From Hyphochytrium catenoides (taxonomy: Eukaryota; Protista; Hyphochytriomycota): a DNA stretch of 64,000 nucleotides. Positions 1 to 12,140 of this stretch are shown piece after piece (the stretch's first letter is position 1; every line of letters begins with the position of its first letter). Below the pieces are notes generated by a model. That model did not search any database. It saw only the letters and a list, made by a program, of their open reading frames with translations, and was not told where the DNA came from. The stretch is from the NCBI GenBank assembly GCA_900088475.1, contig FLMG01002864.1:1-64000 (forward strand). The letters run 5' to 3'. The position numbers and the translations under genes were made by a program.

Positions 1-705
1 AGAGAGAGAGAGAGAGCGAGAGAGCGGGGAGAGAGACGATAGGGAATAAGAACGTGGACAGAAAGGGAGAGGAGGGAGTGAGGAAAGTAGGAGAGGACCG
101 ATTTAACATGCAGGAAAGAAAGATCTTCGTAGATGTGAGCGTTCCCCGTCTGCAGTACCAGGAGCGCCGCTCGAAGATCTTCAGTGGAGCTTCTCCTCGA
201 TCGCAAGGATGGAGCCGGAGCTTCCGCCTTCTTCTCCTCGTCCTCTCTCTCTAGAGGTCGTTGTCATGCCTCCTCTTCCTCCTCCTCCTGAAGAGCTTGG
301 AGTTTCTTTCTCTGCGCCGCCAATGCCTCAATCTCCTGCTCTTGAGACACCTACAGCGCCTTCAGCTGGCTTGCGGATCAGTCTGTCCGACTGTTCAGAG
401 GAAGAGGATGGAGTGAGAAGCAGGCTACGGGAGGTCAGTACTCAGAAAGTCAGCCGTAGAGGAGAGCAGCGACACAGAGAGAGAGAGAGAGAGAGTAAGG
501 ACGAGAAGAGCCAGGATTTCTGACAACATCCTTGTCGCTCCAGGCATTGCTTTCCTTCAACAGCAAGGATGAAGAGCTGAAGGAGAAGATTATGCGCATG
601 CTAGAGGAGGACGAGACCCTACTTCGAGAAAAGATAGAGGCAAGGCAGCGCTATGGGAGTGCTTTCTCCGTCTCTCTCGCTCTTCTCTCTCTTTCTCTGT
701 CTGTG

Positions 706-759
<54 letters not shown>

Positions 760-1139
760 TCTCTCTTCCTCTCTTCTCCTTTCGCCTTAACTCCCTCTCT
801 GTCTCTCCACACTCTCTCTTGCCCCCTCTTCTGTCTCTGTTCTCCCACCCCTTGCTCGACTGTCTCCTCGTTTACTATCTCAAGAGGGTCTGTGCCTGGC
901 GCCTTCTTCTCTGTTCATTTCCTCTGTCTTCTTTCCTTTCATTTATTAACCTTGAGAAACAACACCTCTTTCTCTGTTGGTAGAACGCTATCCTGGCGCC
1001 TCCCTCTCCCAAGATCACGAGGAAAGGTAAGCTCTCACCGGGACGCTCGTCTCCAGTCCACCGTCCCCTGCAGGAGAAGCTAAATGAGAGGTAAGAAGTT
1101 CATGGTGGTTCTAGTTGGAAAAGAGAGAGACAGAGAGAG

Positions 1140-1175
<36 letters not shown>

Positions 1176-2677
1176 AGAGAGAGAGAGAGAGAGAACGAAG
1201 AGAGAGAGAGAGAGAGAGAACGAAGAGAGAGAGAGAGAGAGAAAACGAAGGGTAAAAGGAGAAAAAGATAAATGAACAGAAAAGCTAAGAGTGTCCCCTC
1301 TCCCTACATAACCCGCTTAGCAAAATGAAGGGTCAAAATGTGGGGACTGACCAAGAGCTGCAGGTGCGGAAGAATAGTCCTCTCAGTTCTGGCTCTCTCT
1401 GTGTCACAGGTGTCTGTCCGTCTGTCTGTGTCTCTTTCTCTCTCTCTCTCTAGCTATCTATCTCTCCTTCTCTCTCTCTCTCTCTGTCTCTCTGCTGTAA
1501 CTCTCTCCCAATTTTGGTACTCTCCATCCTGAGCTTTTTTCGGAAGTATCCTCTTTCTGCCTCTCATCTCTCTCTCTTCTTTTTGGTCCTATCTCTCTCT
1601 TCTCTCTCTCTTGTCTCTAGCTCTCTGTTCCTCCCTATAGCTGTCTCCTCTCTGAAGGTTGCATTGCTTATGTTAGGGCGAGCCTAGCTCAGAAGGAAGA
1701 CCAAAGCTCACGGTGCCCTGCATCTGCGGAGACCCAGCACCTCCAGGTCAAGACTGATCTCATCACCTTTTCCTCTCTCCTTCTCTTTTACAGACACACA
1801 CAACTCACTCTTTCTCTCTCCGTTCTATCACCCTCTGTCGTCTTCCTTTCTTTCTTCTCTCTCTCTCTCTCTTCCCCTAACTACCTACATTCGTTCTCAA
1901 GGCTCTTCACATTCTTTCCCTTAGTTTAGGTGCCTCTCTCTGTCTTTCTCCACCGTGGATGGCGATTCTTTCTCTTTCGAAGATGTCCGGCGGTTGTCAG
2001 ACGCTGTCAAATGTCATCCTTTCCTCTTCTTTCCGCCTCACTTCTCTCCCATCAAGCTGTTTCTCTTTCCTTTGTTACCCTTGTTAGATCTGCACAGTGG
2101 GCTCTGCGAGAAATATAGAAAGGTAGGACCGGACCTGCGTGAAGACTCTCCATTCATAGCCTTGCCTTAACCATTTTGGGTCTCTCTCACCGTCTTCTCT
2201 CTCTCTCTCTCTCTCTTATTTTGTCTTTCTCTCTCTCTCTCTCACAATTTTTAATTTTTTCTCTCTTTTTTCTCTTTAGCTCTAGCTCTCTCTCTCGCTC
2301 ATGTCTCCTCCTCTCTCCTCGGTTCTTGGTTGCTTTCTCTTCTCTCGTTGTTTTGATTTTGTCTTGGTCAGCCTCTCTCTCTTTGTGACATGATTTATAT
2401 TACTTTCTCTTTTTCTCTCTCTCTCTCCTTCTTTCGGCTGGCTCCCCTCTCTTTTTGACATGACTCTGGGATAACACTCCAGGCCTGTCAAAGCTCAGGA
2501 GTTGCAGAGCGAAATGAGGCGAGGAAACGGTCTGCCGTGCGAAGCGTTGACTCTCTCCTCCGCTATGTAAGACTTCTACATCTCTGTCTCTGTCTCCTCC
2601 CCCTCTCGCCGTATCTTGTCTCTCTCGCCCCTCTTCTCTGTCTAGCGTCTCTGTTAATCTCTCTCTCTCTCTCTCCT

Positions 2678-2727
<50 letters not shown>

Positions 2728-2932
2728 TTAAGCTCAACTCTTAACGTCGCCTTACCCTTTTAGGGAAGACGGAGTGAGGAGAAGGTGTTAATGCTGCAAA
2801 AGGCGCTGGAAGATAAAGAATGGGCCTCATGTACCTTTCGCCCTCGGACTAACAGCAGCACTAAGCTGGTACAGATGAAAGAGAGAGTCCGAGGGAGAGA
2901 GAAGTGCCCGAGAGAGAGAGAGAGAGAAGACT

Positions 2933-2963
<31 letters not shown>

Positions 2964-3032
2964 AACAGAAGTGAACTTAATAAACGGTACAGAGAAAGGG
3001 GCGCCGGGGAGAGAGAGAGAGAGAAGTGCCTC

Positions 3033-3075
<43 letters not shown>

Positions 3076-3513
3076 CAGAAAGAGAGAGAAAGAAAGAGAG
3101 AAGTGAAGAGTTACGTAACAAATAAGACTCTGATGTGAGATAGAGAAAGAGAAGGGAAGGGAAAGAGAGAGAGACAAAGAGACATACTATTGAAGAAGAT
3201 TCTAACGTCCTAACTACATTATTTACATGGCGCGTAGGTCTCCTCTCGCTATTTACTAGAGCGGCCCACACTGAAGGATAACACCGCAAGGTCGCCATCT
3301 CCATCATCAAGAAAGGAGACTCCACTTCAGCAGGAGAGAGAGCCAAAGGAGAAAGAGAAGAAGGCGCTCTCTCTCTTTCTTCCTGAAGCGGGGCCCGCGC
3401 CCAGGACGATCCTCTCGTATACTCCAGAGATGGACTTCATCTTCCACAGCTTCAAATCTTCAGTCCCTTCCCAATGGACTCGAGGGTCCACCGTCATCGA
3501 GCAGTGTTCTTAA
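1..3513 (+). CDS. 3' part of a multi-exon hypothetical protein (low-complexity, coiled-coil), with introns filled by CT/AG microsatellites
   Basis: Exon-like segments bounded by AG/GT, e.g. ALLSFNSKDEELKEKIMRMLEEDETLLREKIEARQR (~544-650) and EEKVLMLQKALEDKEWASCTFRPRTNS (~2765-2865). The last exon-like frame ends at TAA 3511-3513. The full model was not resolved. Confidence 0.45.
660..3180. repeat. Dense (CT)n/(AG)n microsatellite tracts
   Basis: Pure or near-pure dinucleotide runs at ~700-755, ~1120-1245, ~2660-2725 and ~2880-3100. They generate the spurious SLSL and ERER ORFs. Confidence 0.95.
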
Positions 3514-3675
3514 CTCCTTTAAGTTTGCTAATGTAATGACTTGCGTAAACCAAAGCATCACGAGTATGGGGACCGGAAAGACCCCCAACGTCAGGAAACA
3601 GCGCCAAGAGAGAGAGAAAGAGAAAGAGAGAGAACGACACTAGGTGGGATGGCAGGAAGCAGCGCCTATTGGTGC

Positions 3676-6159
3676 TCAGAATACAAATGCCGACCGGTGC
3701 ACCCTAGACCAGAGAGAGCCTGACTCGAGTCTGTCTCCATATTTGTTGAGGAGCATCAGCACCACGCCATTGCTCCAGCCGAACCCTGTCTGAGGTATGT
3801 ACTCTCCGCCGCCGCCGCCATAGCCAAAGGATGACATGTCATACTTCTCAAACATGTGGCTGCCTCCATACTTCCAGTACATTTCACTGTGAGGCTCAAA
3901 GGCTTCGTACCCTGCTGACACCCACGTTCTAGCTATTGCGAAAGCAAGATGCTTCCCTAGTCTATCGCCGGAATTCTCCAGACCCTCGATGAGAAGTGCC
4001 TGAAGTGGAGCCCACGCATTTGGATAATCCCTGAGAAGAGTTGGAAAGAAGCAAAGAAGGGGAGAAAGGGTGTCGTTAAGGAGGCTGAGCCGCGGGTGTA
4101 TCAGGGACGAGTTGGCATCTTACCATTGCTGGCCTGTCCGGAGGTTTGTTGTTGCCACACCGCCAGGACCAAGAAGGCCGCTGGCCAGTAGACTCTTGCA
4201 GATATCTGAGACATCCACCTCCTCAATCGTGCTCTCGTGGCACTTGGACCAAAGGGGAAGCCAGTTAGAGGCAGCAACGACGGTGGAGTGGCCGGTCGGT
4301 CTGCCATTGGAGTCTATCCATAGGTCCTTCCACTGATGATCCTCCTTCACCCAAAGAAGTTTCTCAATGGCTATGGCGCGCTTGGCCGCTTGCATCTTAT
4401 AGTAGAAGCTTTCCTGCTCGTTCCCCAAGATCATGTTGAAATCTGCTAGATTAAGCTCCATTTTGTACAAGAAAGCGTTCAAGTCCACAGGCAAAACGTG
4501 TGTGGCGTCGATGGTTTCAAGAGTCTTCTTGTCCCTCAGCCATCTGCTTGTGAAATCCCAGCCCGTCTCCGCTCCTGCTCTAATGTTTCGGTACAGTTCA
4601 TGTCTCTCAGAGGCTGTTTTGGCCTCAGACCCATTAACTGCAGACAACAAAACGTCAGAGCACGTTTCGCCAAATACAGGATGAGTGAGACTTCCTTACC
4701 CGTATGAATGTCTTCTCTATAGGACTCTGGTCTAGGTGTTCCTAGGCTAGAGTAATATCTGTTTAGTAAGAACTCCTCAGGAGCCTTACCAGGGCTTTCC
4801 AAAGTTACTTTAACTACTCGATGCTGCTCTGGATCCATCCAAAACTTATATTCATTCTGTAGCTGCACCAAACAGTTTTGAAGGAAGCCTCGGTCCTCAG
4901 TTGCCTCATAAATAACGCGCACCATCTCAGAAAGCAGTGGCGGTTGGCTCCTGTCCAAGTAGTAGACTCGCCCACCGTTAGGAATAAATCCGTATCTGCA
5001 CCATTGAGCATGGCAAAATTAGTGCTTTCTGAGTACATCTCAGTCTTATCAATGCACTAAACTGAAGCTTACCTCTCCACATAGTCGCAAAGGTTCAGCA
5101 CCATACCGCGCGCTGTCTTCAGCATGCCAACTGAAAGGAGACCCTCAATCATCCAGTATGTGTCCCAATAGTACGTTTCCCGAAACCTTCCGCCAGGAAC
5201 CACCAAAAGCCGCTTGGATGGCAGCAGCGAGTGGCGCTGTGGGTTCAAGAAGACACCGTATGTTACTCTACGGCCGAGCGTGTTCCAGATGCGGTTGATC
5301 TCCCTGGCCCAATTCCTCAAGTTCGGGTTCTTTATCTTTTGGAGCACAGGCGGTTCAGGGTAGTAATCTGGCAAATCCACTGGCTCCAGGTCACATCCTG
5401 GAGGTAAAAAGTACTTGGTGATAAATTCCTTCAAGCGAAGCTTGTGTTTCTCTGTAAGAGTGACCGCTGGATTAGTCCAGGGATCTCCCTTAGGGAACGT
5501 AACCTCCTTCCACGAATGGAACTCCTGCAGGATGATCTCTGGATCGACCTTCATCGGCATGTCGACAAAGTCTTTGCTGTCCTCAAAGATGTGTGCCTGC
5601 ACGAGCAGTTGAATTGACTGAGAAAACCTACCCCAACGCACTCCTAAGTACTCAGCGATATTACCTCTTGCACTAGCCTTAAAATAGGGCCATGGCAGTA
5701 GACTGTGCTGGCGCGCTTAGTTGGCTGTTCATCCGATGGATGAGTACTCTCCGGACTGATTAGCTGCTGAAGACCAACCATGGATCGAGATCGAAGTCGA
5801 GAGAGCAAGGGTATGGTCATGCGCGGAGACTGCTTAGTACTCACTGGCACGGTGGCAGTGATGCGCTTATTCTCTTGCCGCGAAATGGTACGCGATCGCT
5901 GTCGCGTACGGGCTAGCGGCCCAGGACCATAATTGCCGTTCCCAAAATTGGGGCCGAAATTGATCATGCTCCGCGAATGTACCATAGGGGACTGAGCCGG
6001 CAGCGGACTATGAGGATAAACCATTGCCGGATTATATTCTGGCAGCCCAACAACAGCGTCATCTTCCTCGCTATCGTAACTGTCATTGGCTAGCTGCGTG
6101 TTTACAACTAGGTCAGTGTCCACAAAGAGGACGTGTCGTGCCGAAGAAACGGTAGTCAT
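3676..6159 (-). CDS. TREH: Trehalase (glycoside hydrolase family 37), 5 exons, with a long N-terminal extension
   Basis: Spliced through GT-AG introns it reads VYCHGPILRLVQE|AHIFEDSKDFVDMP, VPGGRFRETYYWDTYW, YGFIPNGGRVYYLDRSQPP, PRPESYRED, GAETGWDFTSRW, QQW|DYPNAWAPLQ and EKYD...GGGGEYIPQTGFGWSNGV. These are the GH37 signature motifs. Confidence 0.96.
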
Positions 6160-6999
6160 GGTTGATAGCTGGGGCCTCGGACTTCAAGATACCCCTGTCC
6201 CACCAGCTGACCAGTCTCAAGAAATGCAGAAGGTAGGACTTGGGTAGAGCTTTTCTTGATACAGACCCAACGATGACCACCAGACAGAAAGCTACTGTCG
6301 AGTCCCAAGCTCAACAGATTTCGCGTCTCGAACTAATCTGCAAATGATGTGGAGAAGAAAGGTTATCGTCTCCAAATCTCTTGCTCGCCCACTGGGATGG
6401 GATGGCGCGGAGCGGTGGCGCGCGCGCGCTAAACGTTATCGTTACGTCTTCTTTTGTCTATTGTCTATCGGATTTCTTTGTGCGCTAAGATCTCCAGGCC
6501 GATCTGCTGCTGTTCCGTTGTGATATTCAGTCCTCGTATCTCTCTCATCCACACTCTCTCTCTCTTCTCTTTCTTCTCCAAGGCCGTTCTGACTGGCGGC
6601 GAGGTGAAAAACTGCTTGGCCGATAGAAAGAACACAATAGAGAGACTGGAGAGATACGGGACAATAGACTAGAGAGACATTTGAGAGCAATGACGTAGGG
6701 GAAAGAGAGCCGACAGACAGACCGGGCACGAGTAGTGAGACAGAGTGACATGATAGGAAGGGAAGAGAAAAAAAAGCAAAAGGAGCGATTTGGACGTGAT
6801 TTGTGTTCTCACAGTCTCCAGAGCCGAGAGGAGCGGAGAGGCAGGCAGGCAGGCGGCTGTTTGGGACCGAAACGAAAATCGAAAAAGGCTCCAAAGCAAA
6901 TACGCGGAAGATGGAAATGGGAGTTGGGAGAACCATTATACGGCAGTAGTAGTATTTGCGAAACGACAAGTAGTATGTCGTGCCAACCATCACTAGTTC

Positions 7000-7520
7000 A
7001 ACCACGCAGTGAAGCTCTATCTCTTCTTTGCAAGGCATAATAATATGGCTTCTGGCAAGTTTGGGGTGAGGGGGGAAAGAGAGGCGATAAAACTTACTTG
7101 AGGCCAACGTTGTCACCACATTTCGTGAAATATTCCAGAAATATTGGCATCGGGAAGCATACGATCTCATCACCAGATTCCCATATTAGTTAGCCCTTGT
7201 GTTCCTGCAAGATTATCAGAGTCCTTGTGAAAGCTTCACCTCTTCGTTGTGGATTTTGCACAGACAAGGCCCTTTTGGGTGGGTCTGTCGTAGTACCCAG
7301 TACCCCTTCAGTCTCAAGCCACCATGTTAAGACAGATAGCTTTGAGAAGGGTGTGGGACCGCACCAGAACCGTCAAAAGGGTGATTACAGGCTCTAAAAG
7401 CCAGTGTCGCCACTTAGGAAGATTATGAGAGGGACAGTTTTTCTATGGACCACACATCCGTTACACCGACCAGTGCAGTTTCCTTCCGTTCACACAGAGA
7501 CAATAATACTACAGCCCGTC
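7000..7520 (-). pseudogene. Possible highly decayed Ty1/Copia integrase fragment
   Basis: Frameshifted motifs in integrase order: DV(C)GP-like (~7450), DGSG (~7370), WLETEGVLGTTTDP (~7290) and NPQRRGEAFTRTL (~7240), which resembles PQxNGxAERxNRTL. Confidence 0.3.
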
Positions 7521-8299
7521 GACGTAGTGGCAGGGTAATATATTGGAGTTGGTCAAGTAATAATATGATTAACTGGCTCCACATTTGGATTTCTGAACTC
7601 GGGATCTCCTTTTCTTCGCTTTTATCAAATTACAGAGAGTATACCTGCACTTTCTAATAGATATATACAGCTCTACAGTTTGTAACTCTATATTCCTCGG
7701 CTTTCTCCTTCCTTATATCGTCGTAATGTGGAGTGAGGTAGAGGCTGGAGGATGACAAGAACTTTCTGCGTCTTTCTCTAGTTCTGCAAGTCACAGGGAA
7801 GCAGGGCGGGTGAGCCTAAGACGTGGTCGCCTTTCTTAACCAATGGAAAACAAAGGTACTGGGCCTGCCCGCCATAGATAACATTCCTGAACGATCGGCT
7901 GTCCGAGAGTCCAGGTCCTGCCTCTGGTCATGATGATGCGGCCAGGCAAGAGAAGGAAAGGCTGGCCAGAAAGGCTGGCGCTTGTCAGGGGGAAAGAGCG
8001 GCGGCGCGTCAAACGGCGGATGAAGATGATTGGATGATATCTGCGAGATCCTCAGACTGGACCCACGAGATGGAGGCGTTGAGCGACAAGGTTTTGGTTG
8101 TTATCGCCGTCACAATGGGGCTCTGGCCCAGAAGTGTGGCTGTGACTCACCGCAGGAAAGGCAGTCCATTCAGATCCAGTTTCTGTGTCATGTGGGAGAG
8201 TTGAAGTTGGACTGTCGATGCAGTGGAGTAGCCCTGCGGGAGTCCAAGCTTCAGAGATGGCCCAATCCCTTACAGCTTGAAGAAGCCATAACCAACCAG

Positions 8300-9110
8300 C
8301 GCTGTGAATGAATGGCCTCCATCAGAACCTGCAGTTGCTCTTCTGATGGCGGTAAGATTTCTAACGTGAATGACAGCTTTGGTGCCACCACCTGATCTAG
8401 TCATAGGTGATTGTACCTCCAACAACTGAGATAACTGCGATGAATGATAGAGAGATAAAGTTGTCACCCGCACCCATGTTTCTATGCGAGGAGCAAGTCC
8501 CTCTCTTCTGCTACCACTCCTACTTCTCTACGGCTGTTGGCCACAACTGCTTGGAAGCCATCTTTCTTTATCTGAAAAGCTCCAAGCAAATGGGCCACGT
8601 ACGATAAAACAGGCTGAAGAGAACCTGGACTGTCCCAGATACAGGATGGCAGCGGCCGCTCCAGATGATAGGGCGTTTTCGCTTCCCATTCTTCATCAGG
8701 TGCGTCCAAGCTCATTCAACATGCGCCGTCCTGCTGCCAGAGGCCTCCGACTCTGTGCGAGGGGCGTTCTTGAATGTCCTAAGAACGGACAGAAGTAGAA
8801 ATATGAAGTGACTGTACTTGTAGGCGAGAGGGAATGGAGCCCAATGTCCTAGCAGCTGCACCATTTGAAACACTTCTATATCGTCCTCCGCAAAGTATTG
8901 AGCACGACTTGCTTCCTTATCACACTATGAGTGACTGTGAAGCGAGAAGACCAGCAGACTCAAAATCAGAAGAAGGACATTGCGAAGCTTTTGATAGAAC
9001 GTAGGACGATTCTTAAGTCCATTAACAGGTGTGCAACGTGTGGCGACACACGACCATCAGATGGTGTGCAAAGTTTGCAACGGTCCCATCGTAGTGCCTA
9101 ACAGGTAGGG
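8300..9110 (+). pseudogene. Possible decayed DNA-transposon remnant(s)
   Basis: VPLFCYHSYFSTAVGHNCLEAIFLYLK (8500-8580) loosely resembles the Tc1/IS630 PxYSPxLNPIExxFxxLK motif. A frameshifted RCATC...CKVCNGP Cys cluster lies at ~9025-9095. Confidence 0.22.
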
Positions 9111-10481
9111 AATGGAAAGTATGGGGAAGGGAGAAGAAAGGAAGAATGGATTGGCCGTGAGACCTCAGAGACAAGTCCAAGAAGTGAAGCGGAACCTAAA
9201 CCTCATGGGAGATGGGGCTTCGTAGGTATTGAATAGGACACAAGCAGTGTTGTCTTGACCAAAGCCGCCGTCGATCTTCCCCACCAACTCCTTCATTCCC
9301 GCCAGCTCCTTCATCTCCGTCTCTAGGAGCTTGTATGAGGGCCCTGTGGAGTCATTGTATCTGCCACCGCGAGCACGCTGAAAAATAGCAGTGCCGAATG
9401 CTTATGAAGAAGCCTTCCGTGCATCTCTAGGACCCTCTCTATGGGGAGCAACTTTCAAAGAAATGACCTTGACCAGAAGGGTTAAGGAGGGAAAACATTG
9501 AGCATTAACGACTGGACTGAGCCCTCACGCAGCTTTAACCTTGGAGATGCCTAAGCTGTCGTTCCCTAGAAGAACTTTCGTACGGATACATACCGCTTAC
9601 CGATCCTACTCAAGATGTTCTATAAGTCAGCCGCATAAGCTCAGCATGGTCACAGAGCATGAAGCTGGGCCAGCGTCCCCCTACATCACCTAATTCTGCA
9701 GATATTGAGCACAGCTGTCATCAATTCCCATAGATATCGTAGCAAGCGAGACGATTCTCCCTTCATATTCAGTGAGAGATGAGGAGAGCTGGGATGATGG
9801 ACGGATTAGTTGTCCTAAGGGCTCAGATGGAGCGAGGGACAAAGGTCAATGATATCGGATGTTAACAATCATAATCGAGACGCTAGCAATTGTGACGACA
9901 GTGCGAGAGAACTCTTCCGAACATTGTTCGATTCCTAGCGTTCTCGTACAGGCCTTCAAAAGTGTCTACCATAGTCGATTGAACGCTACTACGTATTCCA
10001 CGGATCAGCTGTTCTCTAAGCTGCTGGCAGGACACGCTGAGAGATAGAAGGAGACTGCAGCGTTAGGACCAACGTAATTGTCCTGCCTTCTTCGCTTATT
10101 CTGCTTATAGAGACAGCCACCTCCCACCGATCCACTAACCCGCAAGCTCCTGAACATGTCAGCGGACTGAAAAGGGCAGTGGAAGAGATAGCGGGAGATT
10201 GGGGAATCTTCTTCAGCAGTAAGCGTGTCAGTAGCACCAGGAGATAGTCTTAAACCAGTACCATGCCACCGCCCTCGTAGATCTCAGGGAACACCTGCCA
10301 TGGCAGAGAATGTGTGAGAGAGAGAAAAGTAGAAAGACAGAGAAAGAAGGAGAGGTGACAGTTGTGCCGGCAAAGCGAAACTGCAAGACACGGGCTATTA
10401 CGTCCTCAAGAAGCAAGAACAACCATCAAACGCAAGCAGAGGCCAAGTAACGAGCCAATTAGAACCCAGAGAGAGCGAGAC

Positions 10482-10910
10482 ATGGTCTACCTTCAGATCC
10501 TTCTGATTGGCTTAGTACTCAGCATCGTAATAGGCGCTGAACGTGGAGGGGTGATGTGAGAGGACGGGGGCAAAGTGGGCGTAGAAGGCAATGATCACTC
10601 TCCCAACGGATAATCGCAGGAGAAAGTGTTGCATACATTGCTATAGAATGAGTCAACCGCCTCTTTGGGGAGAACTACTGAAGAGCCAGTACTCTTGCTG
10701 CGGACAGGGACAGAGAAAATGAACTTCCATCGTAGAGAGGAGAGCTGAGCGGTAGAAAGTGGTGGAGGACAACAAAAGAGTTCAGAGGGGTCACAAGGTC
10801 TGGACCCTAGCACCGGACATGAGAAAACCCCGCCGGATGGTGCAGGACGGGACTTCAATGAAAGATCCAATAACCCGAAGGCCAAGCAGGATGTCAGCCG
10901 CGGGGGCCAT
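10482..10910 (+). pseudogene. Signal-peptide-bearing reading frame broken by several in-frame stops
   Basis: MVYLQILLIGLVLSIVIGA is a hydrophobic leader. The same frame continues as protein-like sequence through TGA (10557) and later TAA, TAG and TGA codons. Confidence 0.3.
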
Positions 10911-11859
10911 CCCTCGAGCTGTTAGTGCTCCACATGCTCTTCATGCGCATCTCACATCTCCTTCTCATTGTCTCTTGGTTGCTCTCTTCAACCACGGCAC
11001 CTGGCCAGCTCACGAGCCTCCACTTTATGCTGCTCTGCTAAGCTATCCATAGCGCTGTAGCCATGTAGGGTGTGTCAGAACTTCAAGAATCCTCATTTTC
11101 AACTGATTAAAGCTCTCTCTCATGTTTCTCCTCAGCTTGGTAGACGGTGCTTTGACTTAAGGTTGACCGTACGGCTCTTAGACAGGTGATATGCCCGCAC
11201 CCTCAGTCGATATCATTAGGTTGATACATCTTCTCACAGAGCATGCCATGGCCCGTGAGCAAATTGAGAAGCTAAGCGGTGCACTGCTTTTGGAATGCAG
11301 CGGCTAGGACAGGTTTCTTGTTGACTTTACCTGATTGTCGTCACCACCGTCGCCCATTAGGTACGGGAGCTGCTCACTCCGCGGTGACTGTAACGCCGCC
11401 GGAGGGGTTCCCCCAATCGCTCTCCTCCGTTCGACCATATCAATCATGGCCGTTCACCCCAGGCCCTCACGGACGCAAGCCTTACACATGCATCGCCATC
11501 TCACAACAACCTATACGCAGAAGGCACTCTCTAGACGGCTGAAGAGCAATCCAACCCGCCACTTTCCTGGGCTGTCTCAGAAATCAGATCTTCAGAATGC
11601 AGCCAAAACCTGCGGATAATAACAGAGCTTTCCTGAAGCTTCAACTGCAGTCTTCAAAAGCCATGATCAAAGCACCGAATATACCGCCGTTACTTTCGTT
11701 CAGAAGGCTGCTGCAGAGTTCCCCCGGGACTTATTATATCCGTTAGCGTACTAAATGGTCGTTACGGTGGGGTCAGACGCGGTTCGATGATGGGTCAAGA
11801 TGTTGAGTTGATGGATGGACGCAGCCAGCCAAGGATCTTCAGAGTAAAAGCGGAGAAGT

Positions 11860-11900
<41 letters not shown>

Positions 11901-12140
11901 AGAGAGTGAGAGAGAACACGTCTGTTAGCAGGAGCAGTCCTGGTGGGAGGACGTTTAAGCAAGGGCTGGACGTCTATAGTGGCCCCTGGTTGAGCATGAT
12001 AGACCCACTGGAGACGGAACAACGAAGCCCTCTGACTCTGCGACTAAAGTGTGCGGAGGTATCTGTTCTTCTCGCCAAGCGAGACATTGTCTGGTCCTGG
12101 TGAAGGGGCAACAGGACTATCAGAGGCTGCAGGCTGAAAG

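Noticed and set aside
532-3346. Long SLSL/ERER ORFs in the ORF track
   Set aside because: They are translations of CT/AG microsatellites.
6442-7173. 243-aa minus-strand ORF
   Set aside because: It runs through GA-rich low-complexity sequence upstream of trehalase and has no recognisable motifs.
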